In this document: positions 15,091 through 23,960 of the stretch, piece by piece
Position numbering within the stretch: the first letter of the stretch is position 1
How the letters are laid out: every line of letters begins with the position of its first letter
NCBI GenBank assembly: GCA_027460535.1
Contig: JAPZAR010000008.1
Span: 30,001 to 62,000, forward strand
Direction: 5' to 3'
DNA length: 32,000 bases
Origin: Candidatus Methanoperedens sp.
GTDB taxonomy: Archaea > Halobacteriota > Methanosarcinia > Methanosarcinales > Methanoperedenaceae
Notes under the pieces: generated by a model
What the model was told of the DNA's origin: nothing
The model's database searches: none
What the model saw: only the letters and a program-made list of their open reading frames with translations
Position numbers and translations under genes: made by a program

Positions 15091-16332
15091 ATGAGCAAAG
15101 ATTTAATAGAAGAGTATCCGGTTGGGAGCATTCTGGGCGAGGAAGAAATAGCCGTTGTCCGCCGCGTGATCGAATCGGGGGAACCCCTTACACGCGGGAA
15201 AGACGTGGATCTTTTTGAACAGGAGTTTGCCCGGTACTGCAATGTGAAGCATGCAGTGGCTGTGAGTTCCTGTACAGGGGCGCTTCGCATCGCAGCGCAA
15301 TTGCTTCATCTTGGCCCGGGGAATGAGGTCATCTGCCAGGCCAATGCTTTCTGGGCCACTATCGTGGCTCTGATCGAGCGCAACGTCGATATCAAATGCG
15401 CTGATATAGACCCGGGATCACTCAATATGGACCCTGGGACGATAGAATCTCTCATAACCCCCAGGACAAAAGCGATTTACGTTATGCATCATGGGGGAAA
15501 TCCTTCGGATATGGATGCAATCCTGAGGATAGCCAAAAAATATGGATTAGCAGTTGTTGAAGATGCAGCCCATGCTGTTGGCGCGGAATATAAGGGAAGG
15601 AAAATGGGGGGATTTGCCGATATTACCTGCTTCTCTTTTTCCACAATGAAAAACATAACCACCTTGGGGGAAGGGGGAATGATTACGACGAATAATGATT
15701 CTTACGCCGAAATGGTACGAGGCATCAGGACATGTTTCCCATACGGCGAGAAATCCAAAAGGAAAACCACAAATCTTGGGAATTACCCCAAACCGAAATC
15801 CCCGATCTTCATGCATGCCGGGGATGCATGGGACTACGACTGGTCGAGGATTGATGAGGTGGGGACATCTTTCCGTATGTCCACCCCACAAGCAGCAGTA
15901 GGTCGCGTTCAATTAAAAAAGCTGGATGACTTCATCGCCCAAAGGGAAAAGATCGCGAGCCGCTATAACAAGGCAATTTCAAAGATAGATGGGTTAAGGC
16001 CGGTAAAAATCCTTCCCGGCTGCAAACACGCATGGCATCTTTTCACATTCTTCCTTGACAGCAATACAGGCATTAAACGCGATGATTTCGTATATCATAT
16101 GAAAGAAAAGCATAAGATCGACATCGTTATACGGTTCTGGCCCATCCATCTGGGCGGGATCTTACGTATGAAAGGACATGATATTGGAGAATGCCCGGTT
16201 TGTGAGCATGTGTGGTTCAATGAACAATTAAGTCTTCCGATCTCCCCACAGATGCAGGAATGGGAAATCAGTACTATAGAAAATGCATTGGCTGAAACGA
16301 TGGAAACGCTCAGGAAAAATGGAGTAAGATAA
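15091..16332 (+). CDS. DegT/DnrJ/EryC1/StrS-family PLP-dependent nucleotide-sugar aminotransferase (long form with internal insertion)
   Basis: 413 aa. FSFSTMKNITTLGEGGMI carries the PLP lysine. There is an extra segment (CFPYGEKSKRKTTNLGNYPKPKSP...) relative to the 368-aa paralog at 4656-5762. Markedly GC-richer than its neighbours. Confidence 0.85.
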   Translation: MSKDLIEEYPVGSILGEEEIAVVRRVIESGEPLTRGKDVDLFEQEFARYCNVKHAVAVSSCTGALRIAAQLLHLGPGNEVICQANAFWATIVALIERNVDIKCADIDPGSLNMDPGTIESLITPRTKAIYVMHHGGNPSDMDAILRIAKKYGLAVVEDAAHAVGAEYKGRKMGGFADITCFSFSTMKNITTLGEGGMITTNNDSYAEMVRGIRTCFPYGEKSKRKTTNLGNYPKPKSPIFMHAGDAWDYDWSRIDEVGTSFRMSTPQAAVGRVQLKKLDDFIAQREKIASRYNKAISKIDGLRPVKILPGCKHAWHLFTFFLDSNTGIKRDDFVYHMKEKHKIDIVIRFWPIHLGGILRMKGHDIGECPVCEHVWFNEQLSLPISPQMQEWEISTIENALAETMETLRKNGVR

Positions 16333-16338
16333 GATTCT

Positions 16339-17337
16339 ATGCGAAAAATGAAAACTATTGTTACAGGTGGAGCGGGCTTTATTGGAAGCCATATGGTTGA
16401 TCGGCTTCTCGGAGATGGTCATCATGTGATCGCCATTGACAACTTCAGCACGGGCAGGCCCGAGAATCTTGCGCACCAGAAGGGACGCAGGAACCTGCAG
16501 GTCGTAGGTGCTGACGTGAACGATACGGCTGCCATCAGCCATTATTTTGACGGAGCAGATTGGGTTTTCCACTTTGCTGCCCTTGCAGATATCGTCCCAT
16601 CCATCCAGCATCCTGAAAAATATTTTCGATCGAATGTGGATGGGACGTTCAATGTGCTCGAGCTGTGCCGGGAGAATCAAGTAAAAAGATTCATCTACGC
16701 AGCATCTTCCTCATGTTATGGCATCCCAGATATCTATCCGACTCCCGAGACTGCAGAAACAAGGACAGAATATCCTTATGCTCTCACCAAGTATCTTGGA
16801 GAGCGGATGGTGCTCCACTGGGGAAATGTTTACAAATTGCCGGTGGTATCGCTGCGATTTTTCAACGTATACGGGCCGCGCTCCCGTACATCCGGCACCT
16901 ACGGTGCTGTATTTGGAGTCTTTCTTGCCCAGAAACTAAAAGGACTACCCTTTACAATAGTTGGAGATGGCACGCAGACGCGGGATTTTACTTTTGTGAC
17001 AGACGTCGTGGATGCCTGCCTCATGGCAGCGTTATCTGACCTGACATCCGAGGTACTCAATGTTGGCAGCGGGGATACATATAGCGTTAACCGTCTTGTC
17101 GAGCTCCTGGGGGGAAAAGATGTGGTACACATTCCTAAGAGGCCTGGTGAGCCCGACTGCACTTTTGCTGATATAACAAGAATAAAGGATCTGCTTGGAT
17201 GGAAACCAAAAATTTCTTTTGAAGAGGGTGTAAAGATCATGCTTGAGAACATAGATTACTGGAAGGCTGCCCCTGCCTGGACCCCGGAAACGATCGCTTC
17301 TGCAACAAAAGATTGGTTCAAATATTTAAGCAAATAA
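16339..17337 (+). CDS. Extended-SDR NAD-dependent nucleotide-sugar epimerase / decarboxylase-like enzyme
   Basis: 332 aa. IVTGGAGFIGSHMVDRLL, AASSSCYG, YALTK (YxxxK), RFFNVYGPR. Confidence 0.85.
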   Translation: MRKMKTIVTGGAGFIGSHMVDRLLGDGHHVIAIDNFSTGRPENLAHQKGRRNLQVVGADVNDTAAISHYFDGADWVFHFAALADIVPSIQHPEKYFRSNVDGTFNVLELCRENQVKRFIYAASSSCYGIPDIYPTPETAETRTEYPYALTKYLGERMVLHWGNVYKLPVVSLRFFNVYGPRSRTSGTYGAVFGVFLAQKLKGLPFTIVGDGTQTRDFTFVTDVVDACLMAALSDLTSEVLNVGSGDTYSVNRLVELLGGKDVVHIPKRPGEPDCTFADITRIKDLLGWKPKISFEEGVKIMLENIDYWKAAPAWTPETIASATKDWFKYLSK

Positions 17338-17374
17338 TGGATTAAAGAATACATGATTTAGAGTGATAAATGAT

Positions 17375-18907
17375 ATGTCGTTAAACTACTCAAACAAGAT
17401 TAAGACCATAGAAGAGCTTTGTGAAATTATTGGTCAACCGCCTAGAGAAAAAAAAGTGGTAATGTGTCATGGCACTTTTGACATAGTTCATCCGGGACAT
17501 ATCCGACACTTGACTTATGCAAAAGAAAAAGGTGATATTTTAATTGCAAGTTTTACTGCTGACAAATTTATTTCAAAAGGTGAAGATAGACCTTATGTGC
17601 CGCAAGAATTGCGGGCAAAAAACCTGGCTGCATTAGAAATGGTTGATTATGTAATTGTAGACTATGAAGCAACACCCATCAAAAATATTCTTAAAATTAA
17701 ACCTGATTTTTTTGTAAAGGGCTTTGAATATAGTAAGGATGGAATCCACCCAAAGACAAAGGAAGAAATTAAAGCGATCTCATCATATGGAGGAGAGGTA
17801 TTATTCAGCCCCGGGGATGTGGTATATTCATCCACCCACCTCCTGACAGTTCACAAGCCCAAGATCTCCATTGACAAGCTAATGGCGATCATGGAGGCAG
17901 AGAAAGTAACATTTGAAGACATATTAAGCACACTTCATAAATTTAGAAGTATAAAGGTGCATGTCGTGGGGGATACGATAGTAGATAAATATTCTTATTG
18001 CACGGTTTTGGGACCGACAACCAAAACTCCAACATTCAGTATAAAACTGGAAACATCAAAGATGTTTGTTGGAGGCGCAGGAATAGTGGCAAAACATTTG
18101 AAGAGCCTGGGTGCGGATGTTACATTCACGACAGTACTTGGAAACGATAATCTGAAAGATTTCGTTATTGATGACCTGAATAAGTGGGATATCAAGATTA
18201 ATGCCATCATCGACAATACCAGACCGACAACAATGAAAGAGAGGTTCTGGGCAGATGGATACAAACTATTGCAGGTCGATACCCTTGACAACAGCATCGT
18301 CTCTGAAAAGATATTAGAAGAGATAGGCAATCAAATAAGATGGGAAAAATCGGATATTGTTATTTTCAGTGATTTCAGGCACGGTATTTTCCAGAAAGAG
18401 ACAATAAAGTTGTTCAGCAGGAAGATACATCAGGGCGCGATAAAAGTTGCAGATAGCCAGGTAAGTAATAGATGGGGGAACATTCTGGAATTTAAGAACT
18501 TTGACATAATCCTCCCGAATGAGAAAGAAGCGAGATTCGCACTCGGTGACCAGGATACAGGTATCAGGCCACTTGGTGCAAAATTGTATAAGGAATCCAA
18601 AGCGAGGTATTTGATATTGAAGCTCGGTGAAAAAGGTATTTTAGTGTACAGGGATGTAAATGAAAATCCAAGGGACTTTTTCATGATCGATAGCTTCGTA
18701 GAAGACCTGGTCGATGCAACGGGAGCAGGCGATGCCATGTTAGCAGCTACTTCTCTTGCATATAAAGCCTCAAATAATATCCTGACAAGTTCGGTACTTG
18801 GAAGTATGGGAGCTGCAATAGCATGTGAAAAAGAAGGGAATATCCCCATCTCAATTGAAGAAATTGAGGCTAAAATAAAAAAGATCCATGAGCAAAAATT
18901 TGCCTGA
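17375..18907 (+). CDS. Bifunctional heptose-1-phosphate nucleotidyltransferase (N-terminal, cytidylyltransferase fold) / heptose-7-phosphate kinase (C-terminal, PfkB fold); HldE/RfaE-like with reversed domain order
   Basis: The ORF is open from GTG 17363; ATG 17375 is preferred. The N-terminal domain has VVMCHGTFDIVHPGHIRHL (HxGH), ...RPYVP..R...L..L..VDYV and ...FFVKGFEY. The C-terminal domain has VHVVGDTIVDKY...GGAGIVAKHLKSLGADV and ...DATGAGDAMLAA (the PfkB signature). Confidence 0.8.
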   Translation: MSLNYSNKIKTIEELCEIIGQPPREKKVVMCHGTFDIVHPGHIRHLTYAKEKGDILIASFTADKFISKGEDRPYVPQELRAKNLAALEMVDYVIVDYEATPIKNILKIKPDFFVKGFEYSKDGIHPKTKEEIKAISSYGGEVLFSPGDVVYSSTHLLTVHKPKISIDKLMAIMEAEKVTFEDILSTLHKFRSIKVHVVGDTIVDKYSYCTVLGPTTKTPTFSIKLETSKMFVGGAGIVAKHLKSLGADVTFTTVLGNDNLKDFVIDDLNKWDIKINAIIDNTRPTTMKERFWADGYKLLQVDTLDNSIVSEKILEEIGNQIRWEKSDIVIFSDFRHGIFQKETIKLFSRKIHQGAIKVADSQVSNRWGNILEFKNFDIILPNEKEARFALGDQDTGIRPLGAKLYKESKARYLILKLGEKGILVYRDVNENPRDFFMIDSFVEDLVDATGAGDAMLAATSLAYKASNNILTSSVLGSMGAAIACEKEGNIPISIEEIEAKIKKIHEQKFA

Positions 18908-18948
18908 TCTTCCAGGAGAATTTTTTACAGACAATATTTATCTGAACT

Positions 18949-19860
18949 ATGAGATATATAATAATCGGCTATGGGAATATTGGTAAAAAGAGGCACAAGG
19001 TACTGAATGAAAAATGTATGGCAATCGTGGACCCTTTCCTGGAAGATGCAGAATACAGTGATTGCAGAGGCGTCCCGCTTCATCTCTATGATGCTGCTGT
19101 GGTATCGGTTCCAAATGCGGTCAAGATGGATATTCTCGAATATCTCATAGAAAACGGAAAACACGCGCTAGTAGAAAAACCGCTGTTGTTCAAAGATGAA
19201 AAGACTGCGGATAGATTAGATTCCAGTGCAAGAGCCAGCGGAGTGATCTGGTACACCTCATATAACCACCGTTTTGAACCTCTGGTCATCAAATTTAAGG
19301 AACTTTTGGACGATGGGGCTATCGGCCAGCCTTACTTCGCTAATTTTATTTACGGGAACGGAACCGTCTCGAACATCATCGGCACCTGGCGGGATGCAGG
19401 GCACGGCGTTTTAGATGATCTGGGATGCCACTTGCTTGACCTCGCAGCATATCTGTTCCCTGAACATCAGCGTGAATACAGGATTACCGGAGTGGGTAAT
19501 TTTGAAGCGAATGCGCTTGATTACTGTGCATTTTCAACTGTTGACGGCAGGTTCCATTTTTTATGCAGCACAATCGTGTGGAAAAATACATTCACTATCG
19601 AGGCGTTCGGAAGCAAGGGGTCGCTTCATCTATACGGGCTACATAAATGGGGCGGGAGCCGGCTTATCCACCGCGAACGCGTTTTCCCAAGCGGAGTCCC
19701 GGGAGAAAGCGTCATTACCTCGTCAGGAGAAGATAAGACATGGGAAGAGGACATCGCTTATTTTGAAAAAATGATAAACATTGGAAAATCTTCATATGAA
19801 AATGATCTGTATATAACAAAATCCATCAACGCCCTTATTTCAAATATAAAAACCCGGTGA
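18949..19860 (+). CDS. Gfo/Idh/MocA-family NAD(P)-dependent oxidoreductase
   Basis: 303 aa. MRYIIIGYGNIGKKR N-terminal Rossmann motif and the ALVEKPL motif. Confidence 0.8.
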   Translation: MRYIIIGYGNIGKKRHKVLNEKCMAIVDPFLEDAEYSDCRGVPLHLYDAAVVSVPNAVKMDILEYLIENGKHALVEKPLLFKDEKTADRLDSSARASGVIWYTSYNHRFEPLVIKFKELLDDGAIGQPYFANFIYGNGTVSNIIGTWRDAGHGVLDDLGCHLLDLAAYLFPEHQREYRITGVGNFEANALDYCAFSTVDGRFHFLCSTIVWKNTFTIEAFGSKGSLHLYGLHKWGGSRLIHRERVFPSGVPGESVITSSGEDKTWEEDIAYFEKMINIGKSSYENDLYITKSINALISNIKTR

Positions 19861-19864
19861 ACAG

Positions 19865-21172
19865 ATGAACCATGAAAACATCACAGGTTTTGTAGGATTG
19901 ACCCATTTAGGTATAGTCTCAAGCATATGCTGGGCATCCAGATTCCCGGATGCGATAGCTGTAGACCCGGACACGGGAATTATTAACAAACTGGCATCCG
20001 GGAAACTACCGATAGAGGAACCGAAACTTGCTGATCTTTTTGCTAAAAGCAGGAAAAGCATCAGGTTTACCACTGATTTTAGCCATCTATCGAGATGCAG
20101 CACAGTCTTCATCACACAGGACATAAAGACCGATGAGAATAATAGGAGCGACTATGGTTCATTCTATGAGCTAGTTGAAAAAACAATACCGCATCTTTGC
20201 CATGGAACTAAAATAGTTGTAATGAGCCAGGTGTCGGTAGGAACCTGCAATGAATTGAAAAGACATATAAAAGAAAGGAGACCCGATTTAGATTTTGAAT
20301 TGTTTTACATGGTCGAGACGCTAATAATTGGAAATGCGGTTGATCGTTTTCTTCAGCCTGAGAGGATAATCCTGGGGACTGAAGCCGGGAAAGGCCTGGA
20401 TGAATATGCTGATCTTAAAAACCGGCTGAATGGGTTTGGTGCACCTTTAGTGGTCATGAGATATGAAAGCGCCGAACTTACAAAACTCGCCATCAATTTT
20501 TATCTTTTTAATTCCGTGTCATATGCCAATGCCATTGCCGATCTTTGTGAAGCTTATGGGGCGGACATGAATGAAATAATACCGGCGCTTCGGCTCGATA
20601 AAAGGATAGGTCCTTATGCATATATTCGGCCAGGTCTCGGGGTCACGGGTGGGAACCTTGAACGTGATATGATCTCTCTCTCACAGCTTGAGGAAAATAA
20701 AAACTTGAATTCGGATCTGATCAGGGTTCTCGTGAACTTGAATCAAACCCGTTACAAATGGGTTGAGAAAAAATTACGGGAATATTTATTCCAGAACGTG
20801 AAAAAACCAAGAATATGTATCTGGGGCCTTGCCTACAAAAGGGATGTAACGTCATTAAAGAATTCCATTGCTTTAAAATTAATCGATGAGTTGTCGGATG
20901 AAGCCGCCATCAGCGCATTCGACCCGCTCGTAAGATCCACAGGTCATCCTGGAAATGTGGATATTGCTCAGGATAGATATGCCGCGGTGGAAGGAGCCCA
21001 CTGTTTAATTCTGCTCACTGACCCGGATGAGTTTAAGGCGCTGGATGTCAAAAAGTTAAGAAAACTCATGGAATATCCTTTAATAATTGATTGCGTCAAT
21101 CTCTATTCCAACCGAATCGAAGAGCTTGAAGATTTTAAATATATCGCAATTGGCATGGCAATAAAGGAGTAA
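19865..21172 (+). CDS. UDP-glucose/GDP-mannose dehydrogenase-family protein, atypical (catalytic Cys position reads Asn; GxTxxG instead of GxGxxG)
   Basis: 435 aa. Family motifs ESAELTKLAINFYL, ICIWGLAYKRDVTSLKNS. The N-terminus reads GFVGLTHLG. The active-site segment reads PGLGVTGGNLERD where the family has PGxGFGGSCxxKD (Asn264, codon 20654-20656). Confidence 0.75.
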   Translation: MNHENITGFVGLTHLGIVSSICWASRFPDAIAVDPDTGIINKLASGKLPIEEPKLADLFAKSRKSIRFTTDFSHLSRCSTVFITQDIKTDENNRSDYGSFYELVEKTIPHLCHGTKIVVMSQVSVGTCNELKRHIKERRPDLDFELFYMVETLIIGNAVDRFLQPERIILGTEAGKGLDEYADLKNRLNGFGAPLVVMRYESAELTKLAINFYLFNSVSYANAIADLCEAYGADMNEIIPALRLDKRIGPYAYIRPGLGVTGGNLERDMISLSQLEENKNLNSDLIRVLVNLNQTRYKWVEKKLREYLFQNVKKPRICIWGLAYKRDVTSLKNSIALKLIDELSDEAAISAFDPLVRSTGHPGNVDIAQDRYAAVEGAHCLILLTDPDEFKALDVKKLRKLMEYPLIIDCVNLYSNRIEELEDFKYIAIGMAIKE

Positions 21173-21174
21173 AA

Positions 21175-22044
21175 ATGAAAAACAGGAATCTTAATATATT
21201 GATCACAGGCGGCGGCTCCGGCATAGGGGCTGCATTGGCCGGGGATTTAAGTGCATATGGTAATTCGGTCATTATTTGCGGCAGGAAGGAAAAGAATTTA
21301 AAAAATGTGGCTGGAAAAGGTAAAAATATATATTACCACACCTGCGATGTATCAGATGAAAAAAGTGTTATCGACCTTTTAAATTTTGTTAAGACTAAAT
21401 TTAATCACATTGATGTAATAATAAATTCTGCAGGTCTTTTTGGGGCAATAGGACGATTTGATAAGACCGACTCACAAATGTGGAAAAAGACTTTTGAGAT
21501 AAATATGTTCGGAGCATACCTTGTCACAAAGCATTTTTTAGAACTTCTTATGCACTCCGAAGTTAAGAAAATAATTAATTTTTCAGGGGGTGGTGCATTT
21601 GGCGCTTTTCCCAATTACAGCGCCTATGCTGTTTCCAAGGCAGCGGTGGTCCGCTTTTCAGAGAACATTGCAGTAGAGCTAAAAGACCTTGGCGTACAGG
21701 TAAATTGTGTAGCTCCAGGATTTGTTGCTACCGAGATACACGATGCTACGCTCCAGGCCGGGGAAGGGACCGCAGGTGAGCATTTCAAAAAAACAAAGAT
21801 TCAGCTAAAAGAAGGCTCAGTCCCAATGGAGGTTGTGGTTGATTGTGTGAAATTTCTAATTTCATCTGAATCAGATGGATTGACTGGTAAAACCATCAGT
21901 GCAAGCTTCGATAAATGGAACACGGAAACTTTTAAAAAATCTGTCAGGCAAATAACTGATTCAGAACTCTATACAATGAGGCGCATAAATCTTGCCAACC
22001 TGGATGAAAAAGATGAATTGAGAAAAAAATTAATGAACTTATAG
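21175..22044 (+). CDS. Classical short-chain dehydrogenase/reductase (SDR)
   Basis: 289 aa. ILITGGGSGIGAALA, NSAG, YSAYAVSKAAV (YxxxK). AGGAG 4 nt upstream. TAG stop. Confidence 0.85.
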   Translation: MKNRNLNILITGGGSGIGAALAGDLSAYGNSVIICGRKEKNLKNVAGKGKNIYYHTCDVSDEKSVIDLLNFVKTKFNHIDVIINSAGLFGAIGRFDKTDSQMWKKTFEINMFGAYLVTKHFLELLMHSEVKKIINFSGGGAFGAFPNYSAYAVSKAAVVRFSENIAVELKDLGVQVNCVAPGFVATEIHDATLQAGEGTAGEHFKKTKIQLKEGSVPMEVVVDCVKFLISSESDGLTGKTISASFDKWNTETFKKSVRQITDSELYTMRRINLANLDEKDELRKKLMNL

Positions 22045-22066
22045 ATACCATTAAAGTAGTAATTCT

Positions 22067-22663
22067 ATGTCCTACCTAAATCAATATCTGGATGATGCTA
22101 AAAAAATAATCGATCAATTGGATCATGTGGAGATCGAAAAGATAATAAGATTGCTGGTCAATGTCCGTGAAGACGGCGGACGCATTTTTTTCCTGGGCGT
22201 CGGTGGCGGGGCCGGGAATGCATCACATGCGGTCAACGATTTTCGAAAGATAGCCGGAATAGAATCCTATGCACCAACGGATAATGTATCCGAACTGACG
22301 GCAAGAACAAATGATGAGGGGTGGGATACTGTTTTTGCTAAATGGCTGAAAGTCAGCAAGCTCGATGCAAATGATATGGTGTTCGTATTTTCAGTTGGAG
22401 GGGGCAACTTGGAAAAAAACATAAGCGCAAATATCGTGAAGGCGCTGGAATATGCTAAATCGGCAGGGGCGAAGATATGCGGTGTAGTCGGTAGGGACGG
22501 CGGGTACACGGCAAAAGTGGCGGATGCCTGCGTGATAGTCCCTATAGTGAATAAGGATACGGTTACTCCTCATACAGAATCATTCCAGGCGCTGGTGTGG
22601 CATTTACTTGTATCCCATCCTGACCTGAGTATTCATGAAATGAAATGGGAATCAGTTAAATAA
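22067..22663 (+). CDS. gmhA: SIS-domain sedoheptulose-7-phosphate isomerase (phosphoheptose isomerase)
   Basis: 198 aa, the typical GmhA size. FFLGVGGGAGNASHAVNDF SIS motif. Lies between the HldE-like and GmhB genes. Confidence 0.7.
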   Translation: MSYLNQYLDDAKKIIDQLDHVEIEKIIRLLVNVREDGGRIFFLGVGGGAGNASHAVNDFRKIAGIESYAPTDNVSELTARTNDEGWDTVFAKWLKVSKLDANDMVFVFSVGGGNLEKNISANIVKALEYAKSAGAKICGVVGRDGGYTAKVADACVIVPIVNKDTVTPHTESFQALVWHLLVSHPDLSIHEMKWESVK

Positions 22664-22702
22664 TAGTATTGTATATAATAATCTAAAAAAGGAGACTGAA
22701 AT

Positions 22703-23392
22703 ATGCCGATCTTTCTGGATTCGAGTATAATATCGGAAATTGCAAAATACCATAAAATGGGAATAATCAGAGGAGTAACGACCAATCCGACCATCATGCT
22801 GAAGGATGGGGTCGGCGGCGGAATGTCAGGCATCAAGAAACGTTCGATCGAAATTGCAGAATTAATCGCGCCGTATCCTGTATCTGTCGAGGTAATGACC
22901 AACGACCGTGATGGGATGATAGAGCAGGCGAAGGAATTTGCCGGATGGGCTGATAACATCAATGTCAAAATAACGATACATGGCCCGAATGGTGAACTTG
23001 AGAACCTTGAAGTGGTCCATGAACTCGAAACAGAATATAACGTCAGGGTCAATGTGACCGCAATGATGAGCGCGCAGCAGTGCCTTCTGGCAGCGCTTTC
23101 AGGGGCGACATATGTTTCGATATTCGGCGGCAGGGTCAACAATATGGGATATAACTGCTGTGAAGAAATAAGGAAACTGCGAAATCTTATCGATGATTTT
23201 GATCTTAAATCAAAAATTATCGTCGGTTCCACACGGGAAGTATTGAATATCGTAGAATGGCTTGAAGCCGGGGCCCACATTGTGACAACAACCCCAAATC
23301 TTCTTGAAGGAATGATCGTTCATCCGTACAGTAAGGAAACTGTGCAGATGTTCCTGAAGGATGCTAAAAAAATTGAATCGATGCTGAAATAG
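22703..23392 (+). CDS. Short-form transaldolase / fructose-6-phosphate aldolase family protein (TalC/Fsa type)
   Basis: 229 aa. MPIFLDSS...GVTTNPTIM N-terminus, Schiff-base lysine context NINVKITI, and SIFGGRV. AGGAG upstream. Confidence 0.8.
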   Translation: MPIFLDSSIISEIAKYHKMGIIRGVTTNPTIMLKDGVGGGMSGIKKRSIEIAELIAPYPVSVEVMTNDRDGMIEQAKEFAGWADNINVKITIHGPNGELENLEVVHELETEYNVRVNVTAMMSAQQCLLAALSGATYVSIFGGRVNNMGYNCCEEIRKLRNLIDDFDLKSKIIVGSTREVLNIVEWLEAGAHIVTTTPNLLEGMIVHPYSKETVQMFLKDAKKIESMLK

Positions 23393-23414
23393 TTGTAAGA
23401 GAATTAATATCGGT

Positions 23415-23960
23415 GTGACAAATATCAACAACAGGGCTGTGTTTCTGGACAGGGATGGGGTCATAAATGAGATCGTTTTTCACGATGGCGAGAAACCGTC
23501 ATCGCCCTGGAGATTTGAAGAATTCAAGTTAGTTGCCGGAATAGAAAAGCCCCTTGGGGAATTATCTTCGATGGGCTATTATCTCTTTATAATTTCAAAT
23601 CAACCAGACATATCAAGGGGCTATATTGAGGAGGGCACGACAGAGAAAATAAACGAGATGCTGTACGAACTGTTCCCTATCCAGGATATAATGGTCTGCC
23701 CACATGACGACCGCGATAAATGCACCTGCCGTAAACCCAAACCTGGAATGCTTATGGACCTTTCAAAAAAATGGAAGGTAGATCTAATAAGGTCTTTCTT
23801 AATAGGGGATAACTGGAAAGATATAGATGCCGGAAAAGCCGCCGGGTGTATAACGCTCTTAATAGATAAACCATATAATCAATCTGTTAAGGTTGATTAT
23901 AGAGTAGAATCCCTTGAAGATGCAGTAGTATTAATAAGGAAGATAGGTGGAGATTTATGA
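23415..23960 (+). CDS. gmhB: D-glycero-D-manno-heptose 1,7-bisphosphate phosphatase (HAD-IIIA)
   Basis: 181 aa. GTG start (no ATG precedes the catalytic motif). VFLDRDGVIN (DxDGT/V nucleophile motif), Zn-binding CPHDDRDKCTCRKPKPGM, and GDNWKDIDAG. Confidence 0.8.
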   Translation: MTNINNRAVFLDRDGVINEIVFHDGEKPSSPWRFEEFKLVAGIEKPLGELSSMGYYLFIISNQPDISRGYIEEGTTEKINEMLYELFPIQDIMVCPHDDRDKCTCRKPKPGMLMDLSKKWKVDLIRSFLIGDNWKDIDAGKAAGCITLLIDKPYNQSVKVDYRVESLEDAVVLIRKIGGDL

